A stretch of 64,000 nucleotides of DNA, taken from positions 1,377 to 65,376 of the IMG/VR virus record IMGVR_UViG_3300013307_000020. The stretch is one strand, 5' to 3'. The stretch is from a virus. Taxonomy: Duplodnaviria; Caudoviricetes. Shown here one piece after another: positions 1 through 9,270 of the stretch (position 1 is its first letter; each line of letters opens with the position of its first letter). The notes under the pieces were generated by a model. The model saw nothing but the letters and a program-made list of their open reading frames with translations. It had not been told where the DNA came from and did no database searches. The translations under genes and the position numbers were made by a program.

Positions 1-134
1 AAGCCATCGGTCGCCATCGTCTTCACGCGATCATCTTCGACGATTTGAAGATGAAGCGCCAACGTGCCCCAGAATGGCTGCGTCATGATCAAGCGAGTGC
101 GCGCCTTGATCATGCGTGGATCGACGCGCCTCAT
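1..134 (-). CDS. DUF2201-type putative metallopeptidase/VWA protein, N-terminal part (runs off window)
   Basis: Manual translation MRRVDPRMIKARTRLIMTQPFWGTLALHLQIVEDDRVKTMATDG; PF(F/W)G-L..TMATDG signature; ATGA overlap with the AAA gene stop. Confidence 0.75.
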   Translation of the reverse strand, partial: MRRVDPRMIKARTRLIMTQPFWGTLALHLQIVEDDRVKTMATDG

Positions 135-1135
135 GACAGCACCCCTTGATTGTCGACGGCCCACGCGGTGAACACGCTCGTCTCTTTCAGCGTTGCATCG
201 CGGGCAGTCGCATCTTTCATAAACACGATCTCGAATTCTTTCGGCAGCCGCTTTGCATACGTCATCGCGGCGGCGAATGAATCCTTCTTGACGCGACGGG
301 CGAGTGCGGTCGCCACCGCGTACATCACCGACGGCTCTTTATCGTCGGGGATTTTCGTGCCTCTCGGGTCTTTCAGGATCGACTCGATTGACGGCAATGA
401 CTTCCAGACGCGAACGAAGCCCTCCAGCTCGGCCGCGGCAGAGTCGCCAACGATGGATGACGCAATGTGCAAGCGAATGTCGTCGCTCGCCTGCATCGCC
501 TTCGAGCATTGCTCCCACGAGCGCGGCGTTGGGAATGCGCCAGCGTCATCGGCTGGCATCTTGTGAAGCAACTCAGGGCGATACTTCACAAACGCGATGA
601 TGACCGGATCGACGCCCGTCACCTTCGCCCAGGCGCACCACGCATTCAGATCGGGCTCGATGGTGATATGAGCGAAGCGATTGCGCAACGCGGTCGGCAT
701 ACGTTGACCGGCGGCGCGATCTTGCATCCGATTACCCGCTGCGACGGGGATCCACCCCTTCGGCAGCTTGTATTCGGCGAGTTGGCGTTCGAGAACGAGC
801 CCGAAGCACGCGGCTTGCATCGCCTGAGTCGCGACGTTCAATTCATCGAGAAACAGAATGCCGAATTCGCCGTCTCGATCTTCACGTGGCAACTCATTCG
901 GGCAAAGCCAGCGTGTCAGCCCCGTCTTTTCGTCGACGAAGGGGAGGCCGCGCATATCGACCGGGTCGCGAAGCGATGCGCGAAAGTCGATGACCTTGCG
1001 CTTGAGAAGTCGGCCGGTCTGATGGACGAGTTGAGACTTGCCGATGCCGGGGGCGCCCCAGATAAATGTGGGGATATCTGCTCCGACGTTGAATTGAAGA
1101 ATCTTGGCGGCTGTGTCGATTGAAATGGTCGCCAT
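131..1135 (-). CDS. MoxR-like AAA+ ATPase
   Basis: Walker A GAPGIGKS, Walker B ILFLDE, AAGNR and ALRNRF motifs; start set at MATISID after AAAGGAGATC RBS. Confidence 0.85.
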   Translation of the reverse strand: MATISIDTAAKILQFNVGADIPTFIWGAPGIGKSQLVHQTGRLLKRKVIDFRASLRDPVDMRGLPFVDEKTGLTRWLCPNELPREDRDGEFGILFLDELNVATQAMQAACFGLVLERQLAEYKLPKGWIPVAAGNRMQDRAAGQRMPTALRNRFAHITIEPDLNAWCAWAKVTGVDPVIIAFVKYRPELLHKMPADDAGAFPTPRSWEQCSKAMQASDDIRLHIASSIVGDSAAAELEGFVRVWKSLPSIESILKDPRGTKIPDDKEPSVMYAVATALARRVKKDSFAAAMTYAKRLPKEFEIVFMKDATARDATLKETSVFTAWAVDNQGVLS

Positions 1136-1172
1136 TTGATTTGATCTCCTTTGAGTGTTTGAGCGGTTGAGA

Positions 1173-2051
1173 TTAAGCCATGTAGTCGGAAATTTCGTCG
1201 AGAATTTTCTCGGCGCTTTTGGCGACGATCTCGCGCTGCGCTTCATCTTCGCGCAACGTGTCGGCATCATGAGCGCAAAGCTCATTCTTGATGCGACGCG
1301 TGATCTTCGTCAGCTTCGGATCGTCGGTGAGATTGAACGCGGGAAGAATGTTGGCGATCTCTCTCACGTTCTCCACGAGCGAATTGCGAAACGTCCCTTC
1401 GGCGTTCGCGTCGTCCGTGGCGGGTTTATATGCCCGAAGCTTTTCGAGCATCGTCACCAGTCGATCATGTGCCCGCTCGGCCGCATCGCGTAACGCGGCT
1501 TGCGTGGTCTCTTTCATGCGCCGTTCGAGATCGAGACGAATGTCTTCCGCGTGCTCGCTGCCAACGGCAATGCGGAAGTCATCCGTATCAGGGCATGGCG
1601 CGATGATCGATTCGAGCTTGAACATGCCGCGCAATTCATTCTGCGCCGGGTAGTCGGCGGGATTGAAAAGCCCGTTCAGCGCCGCTTTCGCCTTGCGCAC
1701 CGCGCTCGGATATTCGTCGATGAACTTTCGCGACGCCGCTTCGAATGCGTCGCGGATCTCCCGCATGTCGTTCTGATAGTCGAGATAGAGCTTCGACGGC
1801 AGAAGACGCGCGCCTTGATCGTACCAAGGCAGAGTCTTTTGATAGTGATAGTTCCGCGCGGTGGTGATCGCGCTGCCGACTTCCTTCATCGCGCCCTTTT
1901 CGAGCAAACGCTTCCAGTACCGGCCGGCGTCACTGTCGGCGCCATGTTCGCGATTCACTTCCTCGGTCACGCGTTTGTCGACGCGGCGTCCCTGCCACTG
2001 AGATATTTTGACCGATGCCAGGACGGCTTTCTGTGCGAGAATGTTCGTCAC
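1173..2051 (-). CDS. DUF3150-like helical phage protein of the AAA/VWA module
   Basis: 292-aa ORF with strong RBS, LPWYDQGARLLP and FNPADYP motifs, position upstream of AAA + DUF2201. Confidence 0.55.
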   Translation of the reverse strand: MTNILAQKAVLASVKISQWQGRRVDKRVTEEVNREHGADSDAGRYWKRLLEKGAMKEVGSAITTARNYHYQKTLPWYDQGARLLPSKLYLDYQNDMREIRDAFEAASRKFIDEYPSAVRKAKAALNGLFNPADYPAQNELRGMFKLESIIAPCPDTDDFRIAVGSEHAEDIRLDLERRMKETTQAALRDAAERAHDRLVTMLEKLRAYKPATDDANAEGTFRNSLVENVREIANILPAFNLTDDPKLTKITRRIKNELCAHDADTLREDEAQREIVAKSAEKILDEISDYMA

Positions 2052-2078
2052 GTTGATCTCCTTTGAAGTTGGCGACGC

Positions 2079-2287
2079 TCAGAAGCGAGCCGAGTCGTCA
2101 TAAGTGTAAGCGTTGATGGGTTGACGATCATCGCCTTCCGCAAAAATCACAACGTCACCGTCGGCGATCTCGGCGATGCATCGCTGATCGTAAAAGCGAT
2201 GCACGAAGTCAGGGGGTCCGAAAACGCGCGCCGCCGCTGAATAGCGAGCCGCGTCTGAAAATCGGACGAAGTGAAGCGCATTCTTCA
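2079..2287 (-). CDS. hypothetical phage protein
   Basis: MKNALHFVRF...VFGPPDFVHRFYDQR; co-oriented and tightly packed; start approximate. Confidence 0.55.
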
Positions 2288-2533
2288 TTTTGATTGCACC
2301 TTTGGGAAAGGAACGCCCGTCATCGTGCGAGCGTCGACGATGACATATTGCGAGTTGACGAAATGAACGCGTTGATGGCGCTCGCAAGCGATCTCTGCGT
2401 CGGCGAGAGTGTCAAAGCGAACTTGCATCTTCATATAGTCACAGTGACAGCCGTCGAAGTAGACCACGAAAAACGGCTTCGAGGCGTTCATCATGCGACG
2501 CCCCTCGGCGCGCGATCTCGATCCGTAGCTCAT
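2285..2533 (-). CDS. hypothetical protein
   Basis: ORF coupled to neighbours by stop/start overlaps. Confidence 0.45.
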   Translation of the reverse strand: MSYGSRSRAEGRRMMNASKPFFVVYFDGCHCDYMKMQVRFDTLADAEIACERHQRVHFVNSQYVIVDARTMTGVPFPKVQSK

Positions 2534-2811
2534 GCGCGTCTCCGACGACGCGGCGCTGGCGCATTCCTGTAGGCGTCGATCAGTTCGCGCGCCTCTTTCA
2601 ATGTGGCGACGTCCATAATATCGGCGTCCTCGAACCCGACGGCGAAGCGCCCGGTGTAGATGCGAGTCGGACGGTCTTGTTCATAGGTGAAGATTTCGAC
2701 GCCGCGATAGACGATACAATCGTAAGCACCCGGCCCTCTGCCGCCGTGATTGACGCTCATTGAGTCGGGAACCCAAACGCGATGTTCGTTCACGCGATGA
2801 ATATGCACCAT
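2530..2811 (-). CDS. hypothetical protein, first gene of leftward early operon
   Basis: AAAGGAGATC RBS at 2817-2826. Confidence 0.6.
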   Translation of the reverse strand: MVHIHRVNEHRVWVPDSMSVNHGGRGPGAYDCIVYRGVEIFTYEQDRPTRIYTGRFAVGFEDADIMDVATLKEARELIDAYRNAPAPRRRRRA

Positions 2812-2824
2812 GATTCGATCTCCT

Positions 2825-3360
2825 TTGATGAAGTGTCATGTCATTGTGATCACTTCCCATCGGGGCGCAGATTTTTCGCCACGCCCCGAAAAACTGTGAT
2901 CAGTTTGATCAGAGAGATATTCCATTTTCACTTCGAGTTCCGTCGGTTCATACTTTGATTTGCGCAAGCGTTTCTTGCGGGCGACCCTATCACTTGTCGT
3001 CTTCAAATCGTTTCTGATTGTTCGGGTGTTCGCTTGGCGTGAAATTTGTTCGAGCGAGTCTACTGAATTTCACTGGCGTCAGCGCGAGTGTCGACAAAGC
3101 AACGTGCGCACCACCTAATCTCAGGAACTTCTTCACCGCACCCTTGAGCTTCGCGTCCTGCCGTTCATCGCTCGTGGGGGATTACTAAAGACGCCCTCTA
3201 CTTGTTCCCTCTTGTGATCAAGAAAACTTTCCGGGTCAGAAGTGTCGCAAGATACCGTGCATAGTGTCGGCCTCTCTCGCGCGTCTCGGGCTTGTTTCGC
3301 TGTTCGGCATTTCGATCCCGATCCATGTCGGGTGCCTGCGACTGAGTGCCACTCAGTTCA
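2825..3360 (-). ncRNA. candidate long structured leader or non-coding RNA
   Basis: No credible ORF; several inverted repeats (2861-2888, 2964-2978, 3039-3073, 3306-3336, 3341-3357); follows a TATATA -10-like box. Confidence 0.4.
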
Positions 3361-3368
3361 TATATATA
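3341..3368 (-). promoter_or_regulatory. putative early promoter -10 with adjacent palindromic operator
   Basis: TATATATA at 3361-3368 and perfect ACTGAGTG-C-CACTCAGT at 3341-3357. Confidence 0.45.
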
Positions 3369-3528
3369 GAAGTGTGTTTGTTCTCTCTCTCTGAATTCAT
3401 CGCTGATTCTATGGATCGGGCCATGCGGGGCAAATGCTGCGGGAAAGCGTTGTGCGGTGCGTGTCGGTGTTGCGGATGGTTCGCAAGACCGTTTTTGCGG
3501 TACATGCCGCGCGAATTCGCGAATCCGT

Positions 3529-4629
3529 TCAGGCGATCAGCGTTCGCGCTTCATCGACGTTCGACGCGTCGCCAACATATTGAAAGACGGCATTTGGTCT
3601 GCCGCCGAAGCCGCCGACGCTGGACGAGCTCCCGCGCGCCGGTGAAAAAGTGCCGGGTGCTTTCTGCAACGCCCACACTGGGCTCTTGTCGAATGCGCGA
3701 ATGAGTGCGGGGTGTGCCGGATATGTATGCAGACGGCGACCGATGGCGGCGTAGGCTGCGCCCAATCGATCAACGAGAGCGAACGCAAGACCCAAGCCCT
3801 GAAAATCTGGCAGCGTGACCAATCGAGAGACGCCGCTGATATCGCGAACGCGCGCGTGCGGACGATGAAGAATTCCCGCGAAGGCGGCGATACGATCACC
3901 GACGAAAAGCCCGAAGCAACGCGCGGCGGGATTCAGATCAGCCGTCAGATAGTGAAATGGAGCAAAGAGCCACCACGATGAATAAGTGACCCGAGCGATT
4001 GCGCAATCAATTGAGGGGCGTCGCTGATGCTCCCTCCAAGTGAACGACATATCGGCCGGTTGCAAAATCCAATCCGGCTGAAGCCAGTCGATCACGTCGT
4101 AATGACACGATGCCGCCACGAGTGTTTGATCATGACGGCGGACAAATTTTTGAACCGCGTGCGCGCCGATCTTCGCGACCTGACGATCCACGACCGACGT
4201 GAATTCATCAATCACGATCGGGCTCGGCGCTTCGAGAAGGCGCCGCGCCATGTCGACGCGAAACTTTTCCCCATTTGATAGGACGTCATATGGGCGCAGC
4301 CACGCCGGGATCGTGTTGAACCCGACCGCCTGGCAGACTTCGGCGATCTCGGCAATCTTCAACGTCTTCGCGAAGTCATCGATGACGCTCGCATCGTCCC
4401 ACGAGAAGCTCGCGGGCTTGCCGAACTTCTCATGAAGAATGGTCGATTTGCCCGAGCCGGATGGGCCGACAATCAGACCGACATTCCATTTGCGATCTTC
4501 AATCGGCATCTCACCGGACCATTCGAGCTTTTGACGTTGCTGCGCGGGCACGTCGAACATCGATTCGATTTGCTGAGCACGCGCCGAGCGCGAGATCGGG
4601 GAGTCGATTACGATATTAACGGACGACAC
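3529..4629 (-). CDS. ABC-type ATPase fused to GNAT acetyltransferase
   Basis: GPSGSGKS, LSNGEKFR signature, IVIDEFTS Walker B, then RLVTLPDFQGLGLA acetyl-CoA-binding motif. Confidence 0.85.
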   Translation of the reverse strand: MSSVNIVIDSPISRSARAQQIESMFDVPAQQRQKLEWSGEMPIEDRKWNVGLIVGPSGSGKSTILHEKFGKPASFSWDDASVIDDFAKTLKIAEIAEVCQAVGFNTIPAWLRPYDVLSNGEKFRVDMARRLLEAPSPIVIDEFTSVVDRQVAKIGAHAVQKFVRRHDQTLVAASCHYDVIDWLQPDWILQPADMSFTWREHQRRPSIDCAIARVTYSSWWLFAPFHYLTADLNPAARCFGLFVGDRIAAFAGILHRPHARVRDISGVSRLVTLPDFQGLGLAFALVDRLGAAYAAIGRRLHTYPAHPALIRAFDKSPVWALQKAPGTFSPARGSSSSVGGFGGRPNAVFQYVGDASNVDEARTLIA

Positions 4630-5153
4630 GTTTCACCCTCTTTCTGCAAACGCTCGATGAGTTCGCCTTGATGTTGTTCATCACGACAGTCGACGATGAC
4701 GCGATGAACCAGATCGGAGCTCAGTTGCGGTGCCGTTCGATCCGTCATCGAGCCAACGCCGAGCTTCGACAATTCTCGCGGCCTGAACGCGGTCAAGTCG
4801 GTGACGTTGCCGAGACTGGCAACGCGGGCGAGGGTCGCGCGCAAGACGGTTTGATTCCATCCCGCATCGAGCGCGATCCGATTGTCGGCAATCGCCCATG
4901 CTTCCCATTCTTCATCGCTGAGATTAAGCGTGATCGTCGGCACCTTCGGGATCTTCAGTTGCGTCGCCGCGAGCCAACGGCCGTTGCCGGCGCCGATGAC
5001 TTTGTTGGGTCTGATCGCGATGGGGTTATTGAAGCCGAAGCGTTCAATCAGTTTGCAAAGCGATTTGATTTGCTCGGGCGAATGCGTGCGCGCGTTGTTT
5101 GGATCCGGCGTGAGAGAATCCGTCGCCATCATGATGATCTTCAAATCGCTCAT
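4608..5153 (-). CDS. ParB/Srx N-terminal domain protein
   Basis: NNARTHS..QI, FGFNNPI, AGNGRWLAA, IADNR motifs of phage ParB-N proteins. Confidence 0.85.
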   Translation of the reverse strand: MSDLKIIMMATDSLTPDPNNARTHSPEQIKSLCKLIERFGFNNPIAIRPNKVIGAGNGRWLAATQLKIPKVPTITLNLSDEEWEAWAIADNRIALDAGWNQTVLRATLARVASLGNVTDLTAFRPRELSKLGVGSMTDRTAPQLSSDLVHRVIVDCRDEQHQGELIERLQKEGETCRPLIS

Positions 5154-5425
5154 AATGAACACCTCGCGCTTACTTCGCCGCGGACTGTGATCACCCCTTC
5201 CGCGAGTCTTTTTTTAATCCATTCGCGCATCACGGTGGAGACGGCAAAATCGACAAACGTCGAGCCATCGAATGAAATCTCTATTTTCGGATGATAGGCG
5301 ATTGGATCGCCCGCAATGGCATCGGCAAATTTGTTATCTCTGATCGCGCGATCATAGGCGGGCCAATCAAATTCGCCGCTCTCGCCCGATGCTTTCAGTT
5401 CGAGGATGGCCTCCGCGATGTTCAT
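5150..5425 (-). CDS. hypothetical protein
   Basis: Overlapping start/stop with both neighbours. Confidence 0.5.
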   Translation of the reverse strand: MNIAEAILELKASGESGEFDWPAYDRAIRDNKFADAIAGDPIAYHPKIEISFDGSTFVDFAVSTVMREWIKKRLAEGVITVRGEVSARCSL

Positions 5426-6057
5426 GTCATCGTCGCCGTGCTGTTCCAAACTATGCCGTAGCTGCGCACTTGCTCAATGTCGAATGAGTGACCGGCGACG
5501 AGCTCGTCGGCACTGATAAGAATCTCCGCAAGCGCGCGCTGTGATTTCAGATGCTCGACCATGCCGACGCATCGGGCTCGAACCACGTCGCCAAGAAAGT
5601 TTTCGCCCTTATCTCGATGGAAACGGCTCTCCATCTCGCGCATCGAGGCAAGCGCGATCTCTGCGCCCGCGATCTCCTTGCCGAGCGCGTCGCGCTTCTG
5701 GCGAATGTACGCGCGCAAATGCTCGATCATGTTTTGCGCCTGCGGGCGAGTGCCTTTGGAAAGCATTTTCACAAGAACGTTGTCGAGCGCCTCGACAATT
5801 TCCTTCACCATGATCTCGCGGCTCTTGTCCAACGTTTCGTCGACCTGGCCGGTCTCGTCGAAGATCGCCCTCTTCTTCGGGTCCATCAGGACGTCATGGG
5901 CGCGTTTCAGCGTTGCAAATGCCGTCGCGCTGCCGCCGGCGTCCGGGTGCGCCTTGCGCGACTTCGCGCGATAGGCAGAGCGAATGGCGGCGGGCGCTGC
6001 GTCGCGCTCGATCCCCAAGACCCCATAAAGATCGTCCCTGCTCAGCGCGTCCACCAC
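5422..6057 (-). CDS. J-domain (DnaJ-like) protein
   Basis: DLYGVLGI..IRSAYR..AHPD..AHDVLMDPKKRAIFD is a J-domain with HPD; helical C-terminus. Confidence 0.85.
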   Translation of the reverse strand: MVDALSRDDLYGVLGIERDAAPAAIRSAYRAKSRKAHPDAGGSATAFATLKRAHDVLMDPKKRAIFDETGQVDETLDKSREIMVKEIVEALDNVLVKMLSKGTRPQAQNMIEHLRAYIRQKRDALGKEIAGAEIALASMREMESRFHRDKGENFLGDVVRARCVGMVEHLKSQRALAEILISADELVAGHSFDIEQVRSYGIVWNSTATMT

Positions 6058-6172
6058 GGCAATCCTCGATGCTTCAAAAAAATCGATGCTGGCGCCCTAT
6101 ATCCGCCCGCCCGCGCCAGTCGATCAAGTGCCGCGCGCAGCCGAGCCAGCGAGTGAGAATCGGGCTGGGCGG

Positions 6173-7099
6173 TCATTTTTGCGGCCTTAGCGGGACGATT
6201 TTCCCGCTCGGGAATCCAAACTCTGCGAGGATCGCCTTGTCCACGCAGCAATCGGGATCATCGGGCGCTGGCCCTTCGACCTTGGGCCAGAAGCCGCGCT
6301 CGCGAAACGCCTTCACCAAGGCGCGAAGCTGATCGTCGCGGCTCGAGACCGACGCAGGCGCGCCGTCGCCGTTGATCGTTTTCTTAACGCCCTCGCGCTT
6401 GAGACTTCGAGCGATGCCGACGATGTAGCTGATGGTTGTTCGACCGCGAAGTTTGGCGATGCGAAACGCTTCGAGGATGGTCGCGACGTCCAGACCGTCG
6501 TCGAGCAATCGTCCGATCTCGCCGGGCCACAGCAGCCGCGTGGTGTCCTCGGTGAGACTTACGCCTAGGATTTCACACCCACGTTGAACGATAGGCCCGG
6601 GATCAATCCCGCTTCGAGGGCGCGCAGGGTTCAAGCTCTCTCTCTCCCTCTTTCCTTTGTCTACTGTAAACTGTGTCGAATTTTGCTGGTCGCTTTCGGC
6701 ATTTTTCGGCAGCAAAACTTCAGCATTTGCTCCGGGTGGATCGTGATTTTCCAAGGGCTTAGCTGCGCGCTTGCCGCCAGAAATTTTGCGCGTTTGGGAA
6801 ATCAATTCTGCGCGCGAAAGTTCACGATCCACGCGCTTGTGATGCCAGAAGCCGCCTTCGATGATGAAGAACGGTTCTAGGACTTTGCGCACATTCTTCC
6901 ATTCGCGGGCAGTCTCACATTCGGACAGCCGACGAAGGATTCGATCATCATCTGGGATCGGTGCGCGGGTACACCAGAGATGCTTGATCAACATCAAGTA
7001 GGCGCCATGCTGAAGCGCGCTCAGGTGCGACGTGTCGCGCTCATAGTCGTACCAATACATGGGCATCCAGACATTCTTTTTGCGCTTGAGATCAACCAC
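6173..7099 (-). CDS. DUF1376/YdaU-type replication initiator
   Basis: WMPMYWYDYERDTSHLSALQHGAYLMLI and WHHKRVDREL motifs; next to DnaB; GTG start chosen from GGAG RBS. Confidence 0.8.
   Translation of the reverse strand: MVDLKRKKNVWMPMYWYDYERDTSHLSALQHGAYLMLIKHLWCTRAPIPDDDRILRRLSECETAREWKNVRKVLEPFFIIEGGFWHHKRVDRELSRAELISQTRKISGGKRAAKPLENHDPPGANAEVLLPKNAESDQQNSTQFTVDKGKRERESLNPARPRSGIDPGPIVQRGCEILGVSLTEDTTRLLWPGEIGRLLDDGLDVATILEAFRIAKLRGRTTISYIVGIARSLKREGVKKTINGDGAPASVSSRDDQLRALVKAFRERGFWPKVEGPAPDDPDCCVDKAILAEFGFPSGKIVPLRPQK
6680..6732. repeat. putative iterons within the initiator gene
   Basis: ATTTTGCTGG, TTTCGGCA x2, AGCAAAAC, AGCATTTGCT at ~10-11 bp spacing in the inter-domain linker. 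Confidence 0.45.
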
Positions 7100-8576
7100 T
7101 TTCACGCTCCCAATTCGAAGTCGGGTTCCATAGCCCTGCAAGATCGCGCTGAGCCGCCTCGGTTGTCGCGTCGACTTCGGCGATCGCCTGTTCCGGGTCG
7201 AGGAAGCGCACGAGAGGCCCATCGAAACGGATCTTCGTCGTGCCGGTCGGCCCGCCGCGACGCTTCGCGCTGAACACTTCCGCCCAGCCCGCCGCGGCCT
7301 CGCATCGCGCGATCCATTTTGTGTGCGCCTCGCCGTTCGACGGATCAGGTTGCTCGCGCTCCAAGTAGTATTCCTCGCGATGCAGAAACCAAATGTGATC
7401 TGAGTTTTGTTCGATGGCGCTCGATCCATAAATGTCGCTGATAACCGGGCGATGCGTCGCACGCTTCCAGAATTCGCGATTGAGATGCGCGATCAGCAGC
7501 ACCGCGCAATTCAAATCCTTCGCCATCGCTTTGAGATCACGCGTGATCTGTTTGAGTTGGGACTTCTCATCGTCGCGCGGCTTGGCCGCCTGGACGAATT
7601 GAAGATGATCGACGATGACAAGATCGAGCTTGCCAGTCTTTCGTCTCGTCGCCTGCGAGCGCGCCCGAATTTGCGCGACAGTCAGATTGGGAGATGCGTC
7701 GAGACGATAGGGAAGCCCCACGAAGGCGCCGCGACTGAGCGCCACGCGTTCGAGCTCGTCATCGCTGATGCGACCCTCGATGATGCGGTTCGCCGGCACG
7801 CTGGCTTCCTGAGCCACATATCGCATCGCGAATTCTTCGCTTGCCATTTCCTTCGAGAAGACCAGCGTTTGATATCCGCTGCGCGAAGCGTGAATTCCGA
7901 ATTGAGCGCCGAGCCCAGACTTGCCTTGCGATGGCGCGGCCGCGAGCGTGGTGAGATCGCGAAAGAAAAGCCCGCCAAGAGCTTTGTCCACCGAAGGGAG
8001 CCCGGTGAGAATTCTGGCGCGATGCGGGTTAGTCTTCGCCTCTTCCGCCTGCGCGATGGCGCGATCGATCACGTCGATCAATTCCTCGGCACCGCGCCCT
8101 TGCTCGTTTGAATGAGCCGAGTCGAAAAGATTCTCGCTGGCGCGATCCGCGATCTCATCGACGGTGAGTTGATCCGGCGGCGTGTAGGAGTCGTTCACCA
8201 AGTCTTCGCCGATGCGAATGAGACGGCGACGCTTCGCCAGATTGAGAATAATTTGCGCCAGCGATTTCACGTTCGGCATCGCGGGCGCGGCATGCGCCAA
8301 ATTCGCGAAATAGCCGTACCCGCCGAGTTCGAGTAGGCCAGGATCGGCCTTCATCGCTGCGTGAAGCGTCAGAGGCGTCACGCGTTCTTCGCGCGCCAAA
8401 TGCGCGCTCATGGTCGCGAAGATGCGTTGATGAACCGAGTCGAAGAAGTCGGTCGCGGAAAGCGATAGATCATCCGTCGCGCGAAAGAACGCCGTATTGT
8501 CCACAAGAATTGCGCCGAGGATCGCTTGCTCGACCTCGATGTCGTAGGGGACGTGGCGCAGAACTTCTTCGCTCAT
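7092..8576 (-). CDS. dnaB: replicative DNA helicase, DnaB family
   Basis: EVEQAILGAIL N-terminus, AAPSQGKS, VIVDHLQ, SSAIEQNSD, KRRGGPTG. Confidence 0.92.
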   Translation of the reverse strand: MSEEVLRHVPYDIEVEQAILGAILVDNTAFFRATDDLSLSATDFFDSVHQRIFATMSAHLAREERVTPLTLHAAMKADPGLLELGGYGYFANLAHAAPAMPNVKSLAQIILNLAKRRRLIRIGEDLVNDSYTPPDQLTVDEIADRASENLFDSAHSNEQGRGAEELIDVIDRAIAQAEEAKTNPHRARILTGLPSVDKALGGLFFRDLTTLAAAPSQGKSGLGAQFGIHASRSGYQTLVFSKEMASEEFAMRYVAQEASVPANRIIEGRISDDELERVALSRGAFVGLPYRLDASPNLTVAQIRARSQATRRKTGKLDLVIVDHLQFVQAAKPRDDEKSQLKQITRDLKAMAKDLNCAVLLIAHLNREFWKRATHRPVISDIYGSSAIEQNSDHIWFLHREEYYLEREQPDPSNGEAHTKWIARCEAAAGWAEVFSAKRRGGPTGTTKIRFDGPLVRFLDPEQAIAEVDATTEAAQRDLAGLWNPTSNWERESG

Positions 8577-8944
8577 CCGTCCACCGGCTTAATCGTCTCG
8601 AATGATTCCATGTCGCTCAGCATCGCGAGCGCATATTCCTTGAATTGCGGGACTATCCACTCAAGTCCGCTTTCAACTTTTTCCTTGTCGAAGTCGCAAA
8701 GATTGTAAAGGCAGCTGGTGAGCATCGACGCCAGAATCATCGTCGTCATCTTCACCCTAGAAGATGCCGCCAACTCGGCGTTCTCCGCGCGCATGTGCCA
8801 TTGCTCAAGCGGCGGCTGAAGTGCGATCACCAAATCGGTGTAAAACTTTTCTTCTTGCGACGCGTTCGGCTTGCGCTTTGCGTTGTAGCGTTGGCGCAGC
8901 ATGTCCCCGGCATATTGAATTTGTTGCTCGGTGAATTTTGGCAT
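8573..8944 (-). CDS. hypothetical protein
   Basis: MPKFTEQQ start; coupled to dnaB. Confidence 0.5.
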   Translation of the reverse strand: MPKFTEQQIQYAGDMLRQRYNAKRKPNASQEEKFYTDLVIALQPPLEQWHMRAENAELAASSRVKMTTMILASMLTSCLYNLCDFDKEKVESGLEWIVPQFKEYALAMLSDMESFETIKPVDG

Positions 8945-9204
8945 TACGAAATCCCCACCGCTCGCTCTATTGCCTGAGTCTTGATGCGACGCCAAACGCG
9001 AAGCTCCCGCCGCATGAGCGGCGCGGTCCAGCCGCGTCGATTGCCCTCGCGCGCGATTCTCGAATGAATGCGACGCCACCGGCGATCAGCGAGCGGCCAA
9101 TGTTTCGTGCATAGAAATTCGACGAAGAATGCGCCGCGCGCCATCGTGCGGCGGCAGCCTGGCACGGCGCACGCAATTCGACCCTCTGGCGCTGAGATCG
9201 TCAT
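8944..9204 (-). CDS. small Cys/Arg-rich putative zinc-binding protein
   Basis: CAVPGCRRT..LCTKHW; TAATG overlap. Confidence 0.55.
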   Translation of the reverse strand: MTISAPEGRIACAVPGCRRTMARGAFFVEFLCTKHWPLADRRWRRIHSRIAREGNRRGWTAPLMRRELRVWRRIKTQAIERAVGIS

Positions 9205-9270
9205 TCGTTCCCTGCAACGTCGGGGCCGAGCCAAGCCAAGGAACGGCCCCTTGACTCGGCCCGCGACGGG

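Noticed and set aside
3264-3704. 146-aa + strand ORF
   Set aside because: No RBS, low-complexity Arg/Cys sequence, overlaps the promoter and the ABC-GNAT end
3529-4629. ABC transporter
   Set aside because: No permease nearby; the ATPase is fused to a GNAT domain
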